Assembly: GCF_009914755.1 (NCBI RefSeq) | Contig: NC_060946.1 | Reading direction: 5' to 3' (one strand) | DNA length: 64,000 nucleotides | Source of the DNA: the human T2T-CHM13v2.0 reference genome, Homo sapiens | Shown: positions 45,166 to 62,771 of the stretch, piece after piece | Numbering within the stretch: position 1 is the first letter of the stretch | Layout: each line of letters opens with the position of its first letter | Position numbers and translations under genes: made by a program | The notes under the pieces: generated by a model | Database searches by the model: none | Told to the model about the DNA's origin: nothing | What the model saw: only the letters and a program-made list of their open reading frames with translations

Positions 45166-45687
45166 CAGCGGTCCCCAACCTTTTTGGCACCATGGACCAG
45201 TTTTGTGAAAGACAATTTTTCCACAGACCAGGGGTATAGGGGGGTGGTTTTGTGATGATTCAAACACATTACATTCATTGTGTACTTTATTTCTATTATT
45301 ATTACATTGTAATTAGAATGAAATAATTCTACAACTCACAGTAGACTCAGTGAGAACCCTGAGCTTGTTTTTCTGCAACTAGATGGTTCCATCTGGGGGT
45401 GACGGGAGACAGTGACAGATCATCAGGCATTAGATTCTCATGAGAAGCTCGCAACCTAGATCCCTTGCATGCACAGTTCACAATAGGGTTCACACTCCTA
45501 TGAGAATCTAATGCTGCCGCTGCTCTGACAGGACGCAGAGATCAGGTGGAATGTGAGTGATGGAGCGGCTGTGAATACAGATGAAGCTTCGCTCACTCGC
45601 CCACCACTCACCACCTGCTGTGTGGCCTTGTTCCTAACAGGCCATGGACCAGTATCGGTCTGTGGCCCAGGGGGTTGGGGACCCCTG
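45166..45687. mobile_element. MER1A-like hAT-Charlie element, apparently full length
   Basis: TIRs CAGCGGTCCCCAACC and GGTTGGGGACCCCTG; perfect 8-bp TSD ATTTATTT at 45158-45165 and 45688-45695. Confidence 0.88.
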
Positions 45688-45697
45688 ATTTATTTAA

Positions 45698-45976
<279 letters not shown>

Positions 45977-46341
45977 CCAGGTATGAAGGGGCTCTGTTGG
46001 GGAACCTGGGAAGAGCCCTGCAGTCACAGGAATGGGGAACTCAGGGGGGCCACGCTTCAGAGACTGGGGCTGTTGTACCCAAGGAAAGAGGCTGTGTAAG
46101 GGGAAGAATGAGGGGTGGGGGGTGTTCTGAGTTCCTGTAAAGAGGATGGTTATGTCTGTTTCCATTTAGGGAGAAAACAAAGCTGGGCTGCCTGGAGTGG
46201 GTGAAAGGTACCAGGCCAGGAGGCAGGTGACTGGGGCTCTGGTCTCATGCACTTGGCTGACCCTTCTAGCTGCATCACAGTCCCCTCTGATAAAACAAAA
46301 GGGCGGGGACATCAGAGGTTAGCTTAATTAGAAATGGTTAC

Positions 46342-46698
<357 letters not shown>

Positions 46699-49271
46699 TA
46701 GTTAAAAATGAATTTGAAAAAATATACATTAAAAATTACGATTAGATAGGCCCTGGTGTAAGTTGCAAATGACTGAACATCATGAACTTAAGTTTCCTCA
46801 TCTGTAAAATGGGTTAGCAGTGTCCACACCACCGAGTTGTCCTCAGGGCTCACTGAGAATGCACCTGTGGTGCTTGACTGAGTGCTGCCTGTTTCTCCTC
46901 AGTATAGGAGCTCATGGTACGTGCACCATCAAAGTCAGCGTTGATGTGATGAGCACAAGAGACTCACCATCCCTTATCCACAAAGCCAAATTCCAGAAAG
47001 CCCTGCAAAACAAAGCTTTTTCCTAACTCAGTGGTAAAACCTGACCTGAGTGAATATAATTCTACTTTGACTCTATTTTCCCCACTTTATATGAATGTTC
47101 ATAATACACTGCAGGAATATTATCTGCTTGATTATGGTGGTGTTACATATGTATATGTATACATATGTGTATATATTACATGATTATGTATGATGCATGT
47201 GTGTATGTATAATAAATACTAAAAATTATAAATTCCCAAATAAAACTATGCTCAAGGGATTTGGATAAGGGATCGGGACCTGTGTTTATTTTGTGTTTGG
47301 TGCAGTACATGTAATATCTCATTTAAGCCTCCAGCAACCCCTTTGAGGAAACTGAGGCTCAGAATTGAGACTGGAACCCTGACCTGACCCTAAATTTCAT
47401 GTTGGTTTCACTGTATTCCATGCCTGCCACCCTCCTCACCTCCCCTTTCCGCCCAACACAAAAAATCTCTTTTGTGACCTTAGGCTTCTAGGGGTGACTT
47501 CATTGGAGAATATCAGGTGAGATTTTAAGGACTGAGGGTAGAGAGCAATGGAGCCAAATGTTCCCACTGCTGACACCAGTACTGTCCCTTCCTCTCCAGG
47601 CAGGGAACACTGCCACATCTACGTAACAGAAGCCTTAACCATCAGAACCCGCAGACGAGGCCGAGCTGCTGCCGTTTCTTCCTGCACAACGCTTACGTGC
47701 CTGGGCCCTTCCCATTGGATTGAGAACGCTATCCAGTGCCCCTGTCCTCGCCAGGCTCTCCCTGGATCCAGACGGGAAGACCCAACCTCCAGGAGCACTC
47801 GCTCATCTCCCCAGACAGCACTTCAGGCTGGGAAAGGAGCCAGGCTGCCCAGAAACGTCCATGTGGGTGGTTTTGCTTTTTATGTAAAAATTTGCATTTC
47901 TACCTATTTTAGACACCTTCATCAGCTCCAAGAACATCAGTGTGAGGCTGGAATTGTCTCCCCAGGTTCTGAAAAACACCTGCATTTGTGAAAGCACCTC
48001 CTCACCCGACCCCGGGGCAGGTCTTTTTTTGGAAGGACATTTCCAAGGAAGATCAAACTGTTCATTTTCTGCTGTAGTCTCGGTGCAGGGTATTACCGCT
48101 GGGTTGAGGTTTTCTATTCTTTTTTTTTGGTGAGTTCCTTCTTCCCCTTGAGGAATCAGCAGTTCCAATTTTTAAACATACTCTCCCTGATTATGTGTAT
48201 TTCTCTTTCTAGTGGGGCTGTGTGCATCGTTGGCCTATGTTATTGTATGTCATTTTTGTTTGCTTTAGAAGGCGATAAAGCAATAATTCAGCTAATTTTC
48301 TTTGAAACTTGATAGGTATATATGTGTTTACGTTAAAGGACAGGAGGAAAGATGTGCGAATAATTTGTTCTGAAGTATCCAGTCACCTCAGGTTATCTTA
48401 TCCCTATCCAAGCTGTTTAGAAGTTATAATTGTCACTCTTGTATTTATTTCCATGGCTTCTTTTCATTTGAGCTCTGGTTTCAGTAGGGTGACCTTTGCC
48501 CCTTGGCCTTAAGGGTTCATAAACTGCAGCCCAAGTGGTGGTGCCTTTGCTTATGAATCATCAGACCTGCCCTAGTAATCTTTTTCTCCAGAGTCTTCTT
48601 TGAACATGATGTGGGCTGCTGGCATGGAGGAGTTGTTCCAAACTGGCCTCAGAACAGATGCATGAATGAAGGGTACTTTTTGCTTTTGCTCACCTCATTT
48701 TCCTTCATCTTTCTTGATGAATCCATTATTTGCAAATGCTGTCAAAACATGCTTTCCTTCTCCCTGGCCACCTCTCAGGAGTTCATTTGTCTCTCTATCT
48801 CAGCTTCCTCCCTCATCTTCCTTTACCCCTCTTCTCTGTCTTAGTGGGTGGATGGGCATGGATAGAAATCCTCTGTTTCTTTAGGTTAGGATAAACACCT
48901 GGGCCCTGGTGAGGCAGTTGCTGTTCAGCACCAGGGACAGCAACTGCAGGGCTGTGAGGCCGGAGCCCACCTTGTGTCCTGTTCGATGAGCTTTGGTTAC
49001 TGATGAGCAATTGCCAGACCATGTCACCCACCCAGCCTTTTACACCTGGGAGCCTCATGCATCTGGGTTTGGGAGTTTGGCCCTGCTGATGATAGTTTGT
49101 TTTCTCTTCATTCCCTGAATTAGTCATCAGTTCTCCGTGGCCATTTGGGGATTCATGCCTGCAACTGCTTCAGTTGAATTCTTTTTTAAAGATCCAGTTT
49201 ATGTTTTATAATAATTTTGATCTTATGGCTTTCAACGTCAATAGGATCCCCTTTAAAAATACCCTGCTAGT

Positions 49272-49569
49272 GTTTTGTTTTGTTTTGTTTTTCTGAGACA
49301 AGGTCTTACTCTGTTGCTCAAGCTGGAGTGGAGTGGCACGATCATAGCTCACTAACACCTGGGCTCAAGTGATTCTCCCACCTCAGCCTCCCAAGTAGCT
49401 GGGACTACAGGTGTATGCTACCATGACCAGCTAATTTTTAAATATTTTTGTAGAGACAAGGGTCTTACCATGTTGCCCAGGCTGGTCTCGAACTTCTGGG
49501 CTCAAGCAATTGTCCCTCCTCAGCCTCCCAAAGTGCTCGGATTACAGACATGAGCCACTGCACCTGGCC
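49272..49569 (-). mobile_element. AluJ in the KIAA1671 3' UTR (antisense)
   Basis: Reverse Alu consensus. Confidence 0.85.
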
Positions 49570-51559
49570 TGAAACACATTCCTAGTCTTTTGATCCTGAC
49601 TTCTTATCTGGGCTGCTGTCTCTCTTTCCTTCAGGTGGAAAGGACCCCTTGGTACCATCTCAAGCAGTAGGAAAGGACCTGCTCTTACATATATTGATGG
49701 TCCTCATGCAAAACTCTCAATTCTTAATTAGTCATGTCTCAGCTCAAGGATATCAGACAGGAATGAAACACACTTGAAAATGAGATTGACCTGGAGATTT
49801 TTTTTCCCTAATCTCTCATACCTTAATTGGAAAAATAATCAATTAATTCTATGTTAATTAGGATATACAAAGTTCACCCTCCTTGAAAGTGACTAGGGCA
49901 AGCCCTGAAGATCTTCCTCACCTCCTTTTATTTTTCTATAACCTTGTCTCCTCCAGCACCACAGGGAAGACAATCACAGTGGGTCAAGAGCTTCACGTGG
50001 GCTCTGCCATGACCTCTGAGACCTGCTTATGATCAGTGCAATGAAGTTAGAAGTAACTGATGATTGGGAGCCTTTGCAGATAGCTGGGCAAATGGGTGAT
50101 TTACTTATCCCCATTCTAAATGGAGTGAGCTCTCTTTGAGGCTAAGCAAGGAGGCGTTGTATGCTAGTTTCTAGACTTTGCCTGGAGACCCCTTTGGAAA
50201 TCTGTCTTCTTTTTAAACTCACTTAATATGCCTTAATCATCTGTGTGTAATGGAGTCATCCGCTCCTCAATCTAACCCTCCTCCCCTGGGGCTTTGGCTG
50301 TCCTCAATGAGAGTTTCATGCAGAATGGAAAATCCTCTATATGTACAATCTCTCTCCCCCTCATTTCTCTTCCTCCTCACCTCCACCACCCCTTTGCACA
50401 TCAGCATTTTAACAGCTGGTCTTTTGAGAAGCCTGTATCTTTTTCCTCTTCAGTAGATACCCTTCTTCATGGTCCTTTGCCTAATCAAACAGAGGCCTTT
50501 GGCCTTTGAAAATCCATGACAAGGCCTCAGAAATCAGTGTTGTGGAGGATTACTCCATGCCACCGGAGAAACTCTGGTGAAAGAGAAACCTCGTGGTCTT
50601 TAGGATGTTGGGATTTTGAGTGAACCTGACCTGATAGCCTCAGGATTCAGGGAAAGGACAATCAGATGGCGGTGTTTTCCAGGGGGACGCGCCAAATCAT
50701 GTGGTTTCAGACAATTGTGTTTGCCTTTGTGCCTCCCTGGAAGGGAGGCCAACTAAGGGTATCACCAAGAAGCCAAAAGAGAAATAGGCATGAGCCTGTG
50801 GTTTTAAACTTTACAGGCTGGGCAAAGGATTTAGAAAGACCCTTAGCATGATTTTCCTAAAAGAGACCTTAGCTGCTCCAACCTGGTGCTGATAGCTGCT
50901 TTGTTGATCTATGCTTTAAAATTTTTCTTTATAATGCCCCCAGATGGCTCCTGGAACTAGTCGTAATTGCAAACTGTAAAAATCCCTCCTCCCCAGTGTA
51001 GATATTTAAACCAGAGTAAGTGAGGGGAGACATTCTGTGGTCTCTGAATGTGCCTTCCCCCTCATCGTGTGTTAAAACACAAAAGCCGAAGTTCCATGGC
51101 GTCATGATTCCGAGGGGCTGGAGGGATAGGACCCACTCCACATCTAAAGGGGATCTGCTTTGGGCTCGGTCCCATTAGCGAGTGGGGGACTCTTGCTGTG
51201 TGCTAAGAGGCTGCTAGGACTCACCCAGTTGGAATTCTGGGTGGGCTCAGGAAGTTTAGAGCCACGTAAAAAGCTGGTAGGCATGAGTGTGCCAGGTCTT
51301 TGCCAGCCTGCGTCTCCTTTTGCACCCCCCAATCCAGAGTTTGCTTTCTTTTGACTAAATTGGCTCCTGCAGGGGGAAGGGCAGAAAGCTAGGCCCTCTG
51401 CTCTGGAAAGTCGGCCTGAGGTTTCCGGCAAGTTAACCCTTAAAATGGACACCCCTCAGCCCGCCCTCCCCTTTGGCCTTCCCAGAATCTCCTTCAGTGG
51501 TTGCTCTCACACCTGTGCCATAACATCATCTTCCATGACTTGGACGGGCACTTCCTTGA

Positions 51560-51919
<360 letters not shown>

Positions 51920-52541
51920 TGAATTTGAGCTTTTTAATAATCTCATTCCACATAGCCTTATAGATCCTGTAAATAGGGGGGGTCACAAAAGTAATATATT
52001 GTGTTATGGAAGATAATTTTGTACTGTGCTGTTTCCTAAATCATACCAATATCCTAAAGTCATGCACTTCCCAGATGATCGTGATCCTCCAAATGCTTTG
52101 TAAGATGGGGCAGGGCGTGGAAATATATATATATACACACACACACAGAGACACACACACACACAAGTATAGTATATATTTTCCTAACCTTTCTTCTGGG
52201 TCCTTCCTCAGATCTTTGAGTCACGATAGAAAAGGAGCTCGAGTTCTTTGTGTAGGAAAGTTAAGCTTCCTGCCTGCGGTGTTCTTGCAATTGCCTTAGG
52301 AATTCACAAGCTCTAGGAGTTCTGAACGGAAGGCAGACGAGAGGCACTTTATCCAGTCCCAGAAAGAATCTCTAACCGTGTGACTGAGAAGTCATCTAGA
52401 AAAACTTATATTTTTAATGTAAAAACAAATGGGGCTTACCAGACCTCACAGAGTATTGGACGTCTACAAGTGCTTTTATATTTTGTAACTGTAAAGAAGT
52501 TTCATATGCACAGAAGAGCAGTTGGAAATCTGGTCGACTGC

Positions 52542-52607
52542 AATAAAACAAGATGACCTTTGCATGTACAAAGATGTTGCATTCAGACTATGAAAATAGC
52601 AAATAAA
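52542..52607 (+). terminator. Tandem polyadenylation signals of KIAA1671 (AATAAA 52542-52547 and 52602-52607)
   Basis: Two canonical hexamers with nearby TGTA elements, at the end of a long UTR-like segment and upstream of the CRYBB3 promoter. Confidence 0.65.
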
Positions 52608-52944
52608 GCTTTGGTGCAAGTTGCATTGGAGAAGTCGGTGCGTCCATGTGTGAATGAATAGAGTCTCCCGTGCATGCAGGCCCTGACTGGGGCTGGCTGA
52701 GTCAGTCTGTCCTGTGCTGAGCTGTGGGCCAGCCAGCGAGAGGGCAGAGCTGGGGTCCTGGGAGAGGGTGTCCATGCAGAATGGGAGGCCATGGAAACAA
52801 GGCAGGATTTCCATTCAGACTGACAAGGGGTTGAGTCCTCCTCCTGCCACCCTCTGGCTGTGGGATTTCTTTTAAGCATTGGTTCTCCTTAGCTATACAA
52901 TGGGAGTAGTGATCAGGACATTTTTGCAGGTAACAGTTTAAGGT

Positions 52945-53165
52945 GGTGGTTCTCAGCTGGGTGGATTGTGCCCTCCAGAGCATGTCTGGTAATGAAAGGA
53001 GGCATTATTGGTTATCACAAGAAGGAGAGAAGATGCTCCAGGAAGTGAGTAGAGGCCAGGGATGCTGCTCAGCATCCTGCAGTGCACAGGACAGCTCCCA
53101 CCCCGACCCCACCACAAAGAATGACCCGACCCCAAATGGCAGTAGTGTCAAGGTTGAAAAGTCTA
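52945..53165. mobile_element. MER20-like element
   Basis: gtggttctca...gtagaggccagggatgctgct..catcctgcagtgcacaggacag...caaagaatgacc pattern. Confidence 0.7.
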
Positions 53166-53492
53166 GATTGGGGAGATGTGGTACATCAAAGTGCTGAGCG
53201 TGCAGTAGGTCTGCAAGATCCTCAAAGATGTGATGGGAGGGGGAGCCACGCCATCCCCACCTCTGCCTTCCTCCTTCTGTCCCAGCTGGTGGCAACTACA
53301 TCCCAACTCAGGGGGTCCAAACCGACTGCTTTCTGTGACCTTCAGCAGGAAGTAGCCCCTTGGCTTGAACTGTCCAGAGTAGGCAGGATGCTGGGAATAA
53401 AAGTCAAAAATAACAGATACTGTGCGCAGTGCTTTGCTTGCATGACCTCCCAAAATGGCCCAAGTGGAGAGAAGGTTCTCCATTTATGGTGA

Positions 53493-53923
<431 letters not shown>

Positions 53924-54103
53924 TGTAACTGGGTTTTATGCTGACTTGAGGATTTTAGCCAAAAACAAATACCAACAACAACAAAAGAAAACCTTGTTAA
54001 CTCACTCCTTTGCTCCAATATAATTTTATTCATAAAATAATCACTTATTAGATATTGATTACAGGCAAAATTATACTTTGTTAGACACTTAAAAAATTCC
54101 TGG

Positions 54104-54239
54104 AAGCTGGGTGCAGTGGCACGTGCCTGTAGTTCCGGTTATTCAGGACACTGAGGAGAAAGGATTGCTTGAGCCCAGGAGTTTGAGTCCAGCCTGGGCA
54201 ATGTAGCAACAACCTATCTCTAAAAAATAAAATAAAAAT
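54104..54239 (+). mobile_element. FLAM-like Alu monomer
   Basis: Single arm with A-rich tail. Confidence 0.7.
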
Positions 54240-54966
54240 ACCTGGATCTACCTTTTTTCTTTGGTCATAAATAAGTTGACTGTGATGGTCACTTTTATTT
54301 CTATTGAGGCTAAGATCCCAGGTCCTGGAGCAGGCCAGCCCCTTCTCTCTGCTGTGTGATTCTGAGTAAATGGGTTCACCTCTCTGAACTCAGTTTCTCC
54401 ATGTATAAAGTGGAATCAGAATTCCTCCCCTAAGGATGGCTGGATGAGAATTCCATACAATGCTTGTGAAGCTGGCACAATGCCTTGCGTGTAGTAGGTG
54501 TTCAAGAAATGGTAGCTATTATTCGTGCGTGTCTTCTACATGAAGAAAGTCAGTCTGTGAGTTCTGTGACGGCATCCTATGGAAACGGTTGGGTGGATTT
54601 GCGCCCAAGTTGGAGAGTATGGTTAGCGTGATCTGACTTAAAACTTAGGCCACATGGCACATGGAAACTGGAGAGTGTCTGGGGTCCCTCACTTTAAGAA
54701 CTAGAATTTTTCCAAAGGTTGCGTGTGACTCAATAGGAAATGGTGACCCCAAGAAACCAAAGAAAGGGAGTTGGTGGTTGTGGGGAGACACGGGAGAGCT
54801 GCACACCGTGCCCCTTGCCTGGCGCTGCTGGGCTTCCCACAAAGCCAGTGAGGTTCATCTGTCCCCAGGAAGTCATCAGAGACGGTGGCTGAGGAGACAG
54901 GCACTGGGGGCCTCCGTGGACCCGCTATTGGAGTGAAGTGGCCTGGATGGAATTGGGTGGACAGGG

Positions 54967-54979
54967 TGCTGCCTCAGCA
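54967..54979 (+). promoter_or_regulatory. Maf response element (T-MARE-like) in the CRYBB3 promoter
   Basis: TGCTGCCTCAGCA matches TGCTGACTCAGCA at 12/13 and lies ~33 bp upstream of the TATA-like box. Large Maf factors are established activators of crystallin promoters. Confidence 0.7.
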
Positions 54980-55011
54980 GGCTGGGATGTGCTGGGCTGT
55001 CAGAAAGTGCT

Positions 55012-55019
55012 CATAAATA
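55012..55019 (+). promoter_or_regulatory. TATA-like box of CRYBB3
   Basis: CATAAATA about 25-30 bp upstream of the inferred start of exon 1. Confidence 0.7.
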
Positions 55020-55042
55020 GCATGCCCCTTGCGAAGACAGGC

Positions 55043-55094
55043 GAGTCTGCAGACGGCCGTGGCTCCTCTGTTCTTCCCGAGGCTACAGCAACAG
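55043..55094 (+). other. CRYBB3: CRYBB3 non-coding exon 1 (start approximate)
   Basis: Position downstream of the TATA box and a weak donor caacag|gttcat. Beta-B-crystallin genes have a non-coding first exon. Confidence 0.55.
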
Positions 55095-56539
55095 GTTCAT
55101 TCTGGGATGGGTTGGGGGTGGGGAGGCAAAAGCCACCCTGGCAGGCCCGGACCTTTTGTAGTTTCTGTGGGACGCGCATGGCTGACCGCCTGCAAAGAAA
55201 AACAGCGCCTCCCTTAAGGGTCAGGTCCCAGTGAGAGGACCCTGACGGCCCAGCTGGGGGTGGAACGAGGGACCCTTGTCTGCAGTGGCCAGGGTCCAAG
55301 CCCCTGGACATGTGCTTAGGGCAGGGGACCTTCCAAAACAGCTCCTCTGAGGGAGGGGAGTGGGCACACATGGTACCTGCCAAGTCCCCCGAGAGTCCCC
55401 TGTGAGCTGGACCAAGCCCTGTTTCCTGCTGAGGCTAGGAGAGACAGAACCGACAGCCCGCAGGCTGTGCATGGTTAGGCCCACATCCAGAGTATGTGGG
55501 CTGTGCAGCTGTGCATGCTGGGGTGGCCGTGCTGGGAGCCGTGGGTGGGTAACAGTTGGATGTGGGGTGTAGATGTAGGTGCCTTGTTTACCACTGTGGA
55601 TGTCTGAAATGGGCAGGGATGTGTGTGTGTGAGGAGAGAGAGAGAGAGAGAGAAAGAAGCTGTCCTGTGAGCCCATGGGTGAAATATAACTGATAGTGAC
55701 CATAGAAACTTTTGCGAGTGTGTGCACCTATGTGTGTGTGCTGACAAACAGAACAGTCCTGTGTGTGTCCATGGGTGCAACAATGATGAGAATCCTTCCA
55801 TGTGACTGCGGCAGGGGCCTGTATTGCGTGTCACTGTCCCTGTAGCAATGAAGAACTGTCGGTGTCTGGGTCTTGAAGTGGCTGGTACACAGTCGTGTTC
55901 AATAAATGCTTAAGGAATGAGTAACCGAACGCAGGGAAACTGACCTGGAGCAGGTGTCCAACGACCTGGTCTTACAAGCCTTTTCTCTAGAGGTCTGTCT
56001 GTCCACCTCCCGACATATGGGGTCTCCTGTCCCTCCTGGTCACCCAGCCCAGAGCCTGGCACTGTGTAGGTGCTCATGGAATATTTGCTGAATAAAGTAA
56101 CCAGTGAACAAAAGAGTTCCTGGAGTACGGAGGTGGGAGAGACCCCTGTAGAGGAAACTCCCTGAAGCCCACCCTTTAGCCAGGTTCTGGGGGTGGGACA
56201 TCTGCAGAGAGCTCTGAGAAACCTGGGTTTCGGGGAGCATCTGGATCAGGGGAAAAGGGCACGGGCTTTGGAGCCAGGCCCGACCCAGGCCACTTCCTCA
56301 CTGTGTGCTTGAGGAAGTGGCCTCACTTTGCTGAGCCTCAGAGTTCCCCTCTGTACAATGGGGCTCCTGATCCCACTGTCTCAGTCCACGTGGCCCATGG
56401 CAGGTGCTCAATGGATGTTTGCTGAATGACTGAATGTCGATCATAAGTTACAGCCACGCCCCATGGGCAGCAAGGCTCTGTAGCTCATCCTGGACTCCAG
56501 TCACATCAACACCTGGCTTCTCCCGGGTGGATCCAGTGA

Positions 56540-56956
<417 letters not shown>

Positions 56957-57860
56957 TGACCTCAGCCTGGTGTCTTGCCCACTCTGGGGAAAAGGGCACA
57001 GGGTTTGGAGGCTCTCTGGGCCTCAACAGCCCCATGTTTGAAATGAGGATGGTGCCCAGATATTGTGCCCAGAGTTGGTGTAAAGGCTGAAAGACATGAG
57101 TGAAGCCAGCTAGCAGAGGGAGGCACACTAGAAATCTGAGAGAAGGTTTGAATGTGTTGGCTCTGCCCTTTCCAAACCATCTCCGGGGTCTTTTTGGGAA
57201 ACTATTCCAGACAGAGTCTAAGGATGGGTCGAATCCCAGTGCCTCCTCTTAACTTGCTGTGCAGCCCGAGGCAAGTATCTTACCCTTTCTGAGCTTCTTT
57301 GATCCCTTCTGTAAAATGACGAGAACAGATGTTCCCTGGGGATCTTCTACAAAGTCAGTTTGTGTTTCCAGGTGGGTGAGAGAGGCAAAACCTTGGTCTG
57401 CCTTTGCAGCCCTTCTCTTCCTAGGCTTGGGGCAGGCAGAGGTCTTCCCCGAGACTGCAAACAGGTGTTTTCATTTTTTTAAGGGGGAAATTTCCTATTA
57501 AGGAAAATACAGATTTCTGACCTCTCTTGAAAAAATTGGAACTGGGACCTCATTCCCTCATCGCCAGAAGCAGCTTCATTTCCCCACCGACCTCTCGGGT
57601 TATTTCAGTCCGCTGGACTCCCCACCTGGCTCCTGCTGGACATCAGAGTTGCAATCACTAGTTTAATTGGTCTCATTGAAGTTCCTGAAGGCGTTTCCCT
57701 CCATGACCATTAGAGGGCAGTGCAGGCCCACCTCAGTGCCAGCTCCAGGCTGGAGAGATGCAGAAAGCAGAGGGTACCTCCCTCTAATGCCCAAAGGAGG
57801 GGCAGAGGCTGGAGCTGGGAGCCTAGCAGAGGTGGGATGTTTAGGACTCTGCTCTTCTAG

Positions 57861-57980
<120 letters not shown>

Positions 57981-58923
57981 TGAGTACCTAGACCCCCAGT
58001 CCCTCGCCACAGCCCTGAGCCTTCTGGGAGTGTGGAGGCCCCAGTCTGAGCTCTAGATCTGTTGTGGGGCTTTTGACAGCTCCCCTGCCTTCTCTGGCCT
58101 CGTTTTCCGCATCTGTAAAATGAGAGTTGAAGAATTCTCTAGAATCCTAGATGTCTGCAGAAAATCCCAGGATACCTGAGGTTGGAAGAACAGCAAGGTC
58201 AACCTAGCACCTAACTCAGTGACTGGAACATGGGATTTAATATTTATAATTTTAATAATAATTGTAACACCTAAAATTTAACATGCATTATGTCATTGAA
58301 TCGTCATGACCCTGTGACAGAGGTATCATTCTTATTCCCACTTTATAGATGGGGAAACTGAGGCCAAAGTTGGTAAGTGTCCCATCCATGTCCACAAGGC
58401 AGGCAGGTCTCCCAGCTGGGCCCTGAATTCCCGCCTTTGGATTGCAAGTCCAGGCTCTGGCACTAACCATCTGGGTGATCTTCGGCAAGTTGCTTCACAC
58501 ACCAGGCCTCTGTTTTCTCATCTGTTGAATGGGGATAACAATGGTACGTACTTCAGAGAGAGTTTTTATGAAAATGAATGGAATGATGCAAATAAATACA
58601 TATTAATAACAATACAATACAAAGAAGAGGAAAAGGAAGAGGAAGAAGTCACTGTCACCTATGGAATACTTACTGTGTACCGGGCATTGTGCTAAAGACT
58701 TTTCTGGGTACCTTGCACAGAGGCTAGATTCTCAATAACATACCCTAGGATGGTTTTCTGGCCCAGAGTCTCAGACAGTTCCCGGTATGTCCTAGCAGCT
58801 CCTTTAATTACAGGTCCAGGAATTAGCAGTAGGGTTGGAGGGAGGGTACAAGGTTCAAGGTCAGCAGCTCTTGGACACTTCTCTCACTAAACTTGAATCC
58901 TTCCTCAGCTGCAGCAAAGGTGA

Positions 58924-59169
<246 letters not shown>

Positions 59170-59499
59170 TGAGGGTTTGGCCCATATGGACCTGGCCTGG
59201 GAAGGGCCCTCATGTTTCTGATTTGAACAATTGTGTGGGACAAGAAGTGGGATATTGAAGGGACATTCGGTTGGGGATTGAGACACCAGGACTCACATCT
59301 TGAATTAAACCAGCATAGCACTGGGACTTTTCTTTGTAACCGTACTAAAACGATGAGCCACATGGCCCAGTCTCAAATCAGTATTGTTATCAAAGAAATG
59401 CAGTCCAGGAAATAACTTCAGAAAGTAGCCAAAATACTTTAAGTTCTCCACTTGTGTTTTTCTAGCACCTGAAAGGGACACAGTCCACAGTGACACTTT

Positions 59500-59904
<405 letters not shown>

Positions 59905-60355
59905 CACAGTGACACTTTGAACACCACCCTTCTCCCTCCCCTGCTTCACTCACACCCCGCAGCTGCTCCAGCCCTTTCTCTTTGTCACATAACTGAGTCC
60001 TCCTTAGAGGGCAGTGGAAGAGGGGAAACTGGGAAGATTAAACCGGCATCTGGTTAGGAAAGAGGGAAAGCTCATATGTTGATACTTTTGATCTCTGTCC
60101 ACCCTCTCCTGGCCTCAGTTTCTCTATCATTTAAATGATGGGATTGAACAAGATCTGGAAATTCCTTTTCAGTTTTATAATCTACGGCTCTAGGTTCCTA
60201 AATCAACCAGCTTTGGAGGAATCTCCCCGTCCCTCCTACAGTGAATTTGGGGGTGGAGGCATCTCCTGAGGCCCTTCCCTCCTGCAGCAGGTTTGGGGGT
60301 GGGTGTTATTTTGTGGTGACCTGTTGATTCTTTCCGGCATCTGGAGCCTCCTTGA

Positions 60356-60945
<590 letters not shown>

Positions 60946-61458
60946 ATCGGTGCCTATAGTTTCTTGCATGATTCATGTTCCCTGCACTCCTGTACTGTTG
61001 AGATTTCTAGGCAGCCTTGACTTAAAACAAGTAAAATCTGTTCTCTCCACCTGTTCCCATCTGAGTCCTTCCTGCTTTTTTAAACATCCCCACACCCTTG
61101 AACTGATTCTTGAAATGTTCTTCCCCCTCACAACTCTTGTTCTTCTTAACAAGGGGCCCAGGATGTATGCAGTTATTGAGATGTGACACAAGTTGTACAG
61201 AGGAGAGCAGGCTTATCACCTCCCTCTTTCTAGGCTTAATATCACCGTTGATGCAGTCTTAGGATCACCTGCTTTTTGTAGGTGGTTACATCTCACTTGT
61301 GGGCTTGTAATCTGGGGTTGGGCCTTGAGAGGTGCCACCTATCCCTGATAATAATTTATTCAACAATTTTTTACTGAACATCTACTATATGCTGGTGTGC
61401 TGATACAGAGAACAACAAGAATGGCACATCCTCTGCCCTCAAAAAATTTGCGTAGTCT

Positions 61459-61781
<323 letters not shown>

Positions 61782-62146
61782 TCACAATGTATTGTGATCA
61801 GGATTGGGACTGGGATGCACAAGGGGCTCTGGGAGTCCCAGTGAGGTACTCGATTCAGCCTGCAGGAGTCTGGAGACATCTAAATTGAGCTGTAATGGAT
61901 GCAAGTGGAAAAAAGGGGGAAGGAGAAGGATGAGGTGAGCAAGAGTGTTCCAGGCAGAAGGAATCATGCATACAAAGGCCCCCCAACACAGCAGGTTCCG
62001 GGGAAGTAAAATAAGAGAGGCCACGGTGTTGAGTGTGAATGGGATGTTGAGAGATAAGGCTAGAGATGCTTTGTTAAGGGTCCTGTGAGCAGGGTAAAGA
62101 GTTTGGATTCATCCCAAGGGCTCTGGGGAGCTAAAGAGGAATGTAG

Positions 62147-62398
<252 letters not shown>

Positions 62399-62513
62399 AA
62401 GGCACCCAGACTTCAAGGACCCAGACCCACCCTGGGGGGCTGCAAGGGCAAGAAGAGGAGGCTCCAGGGTTGGGGCGAGGGCCGACCTGTCCACCCTTCC
62501 CTGGAATCTGCTC

Positions 62514-62519
62514 AATAAA
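62514..62519 (+). terminator. CRYBB3 polyadenylation signal
   Basis: AATAAA 115 nt after the stop codon. Confidence 0.85.
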
Positions 62520-62771
62520 GCCTGGGGTTGGTCCCCCACCCGCCACGTTCCTCGGCATCACTTCCTGAGGGAGCCAGGCCTGGGGCGGGACCTGTGGGAG
62601 AGGCGTGCTGAAGGAGGCTGGGGCTTGAGTGTTCTGAGACTCCCAGGAAGGGGCTGGGAAATTTGCCCATATCCTAGGCTCTAATCCTTTCAGGCAGAGC
62701 CATGTGCCCCTACTGCCCTGATCTTGTGTTTGTCTGCTGCTGCATGTTTCCATCTGAATGTCTGTCAGTCT

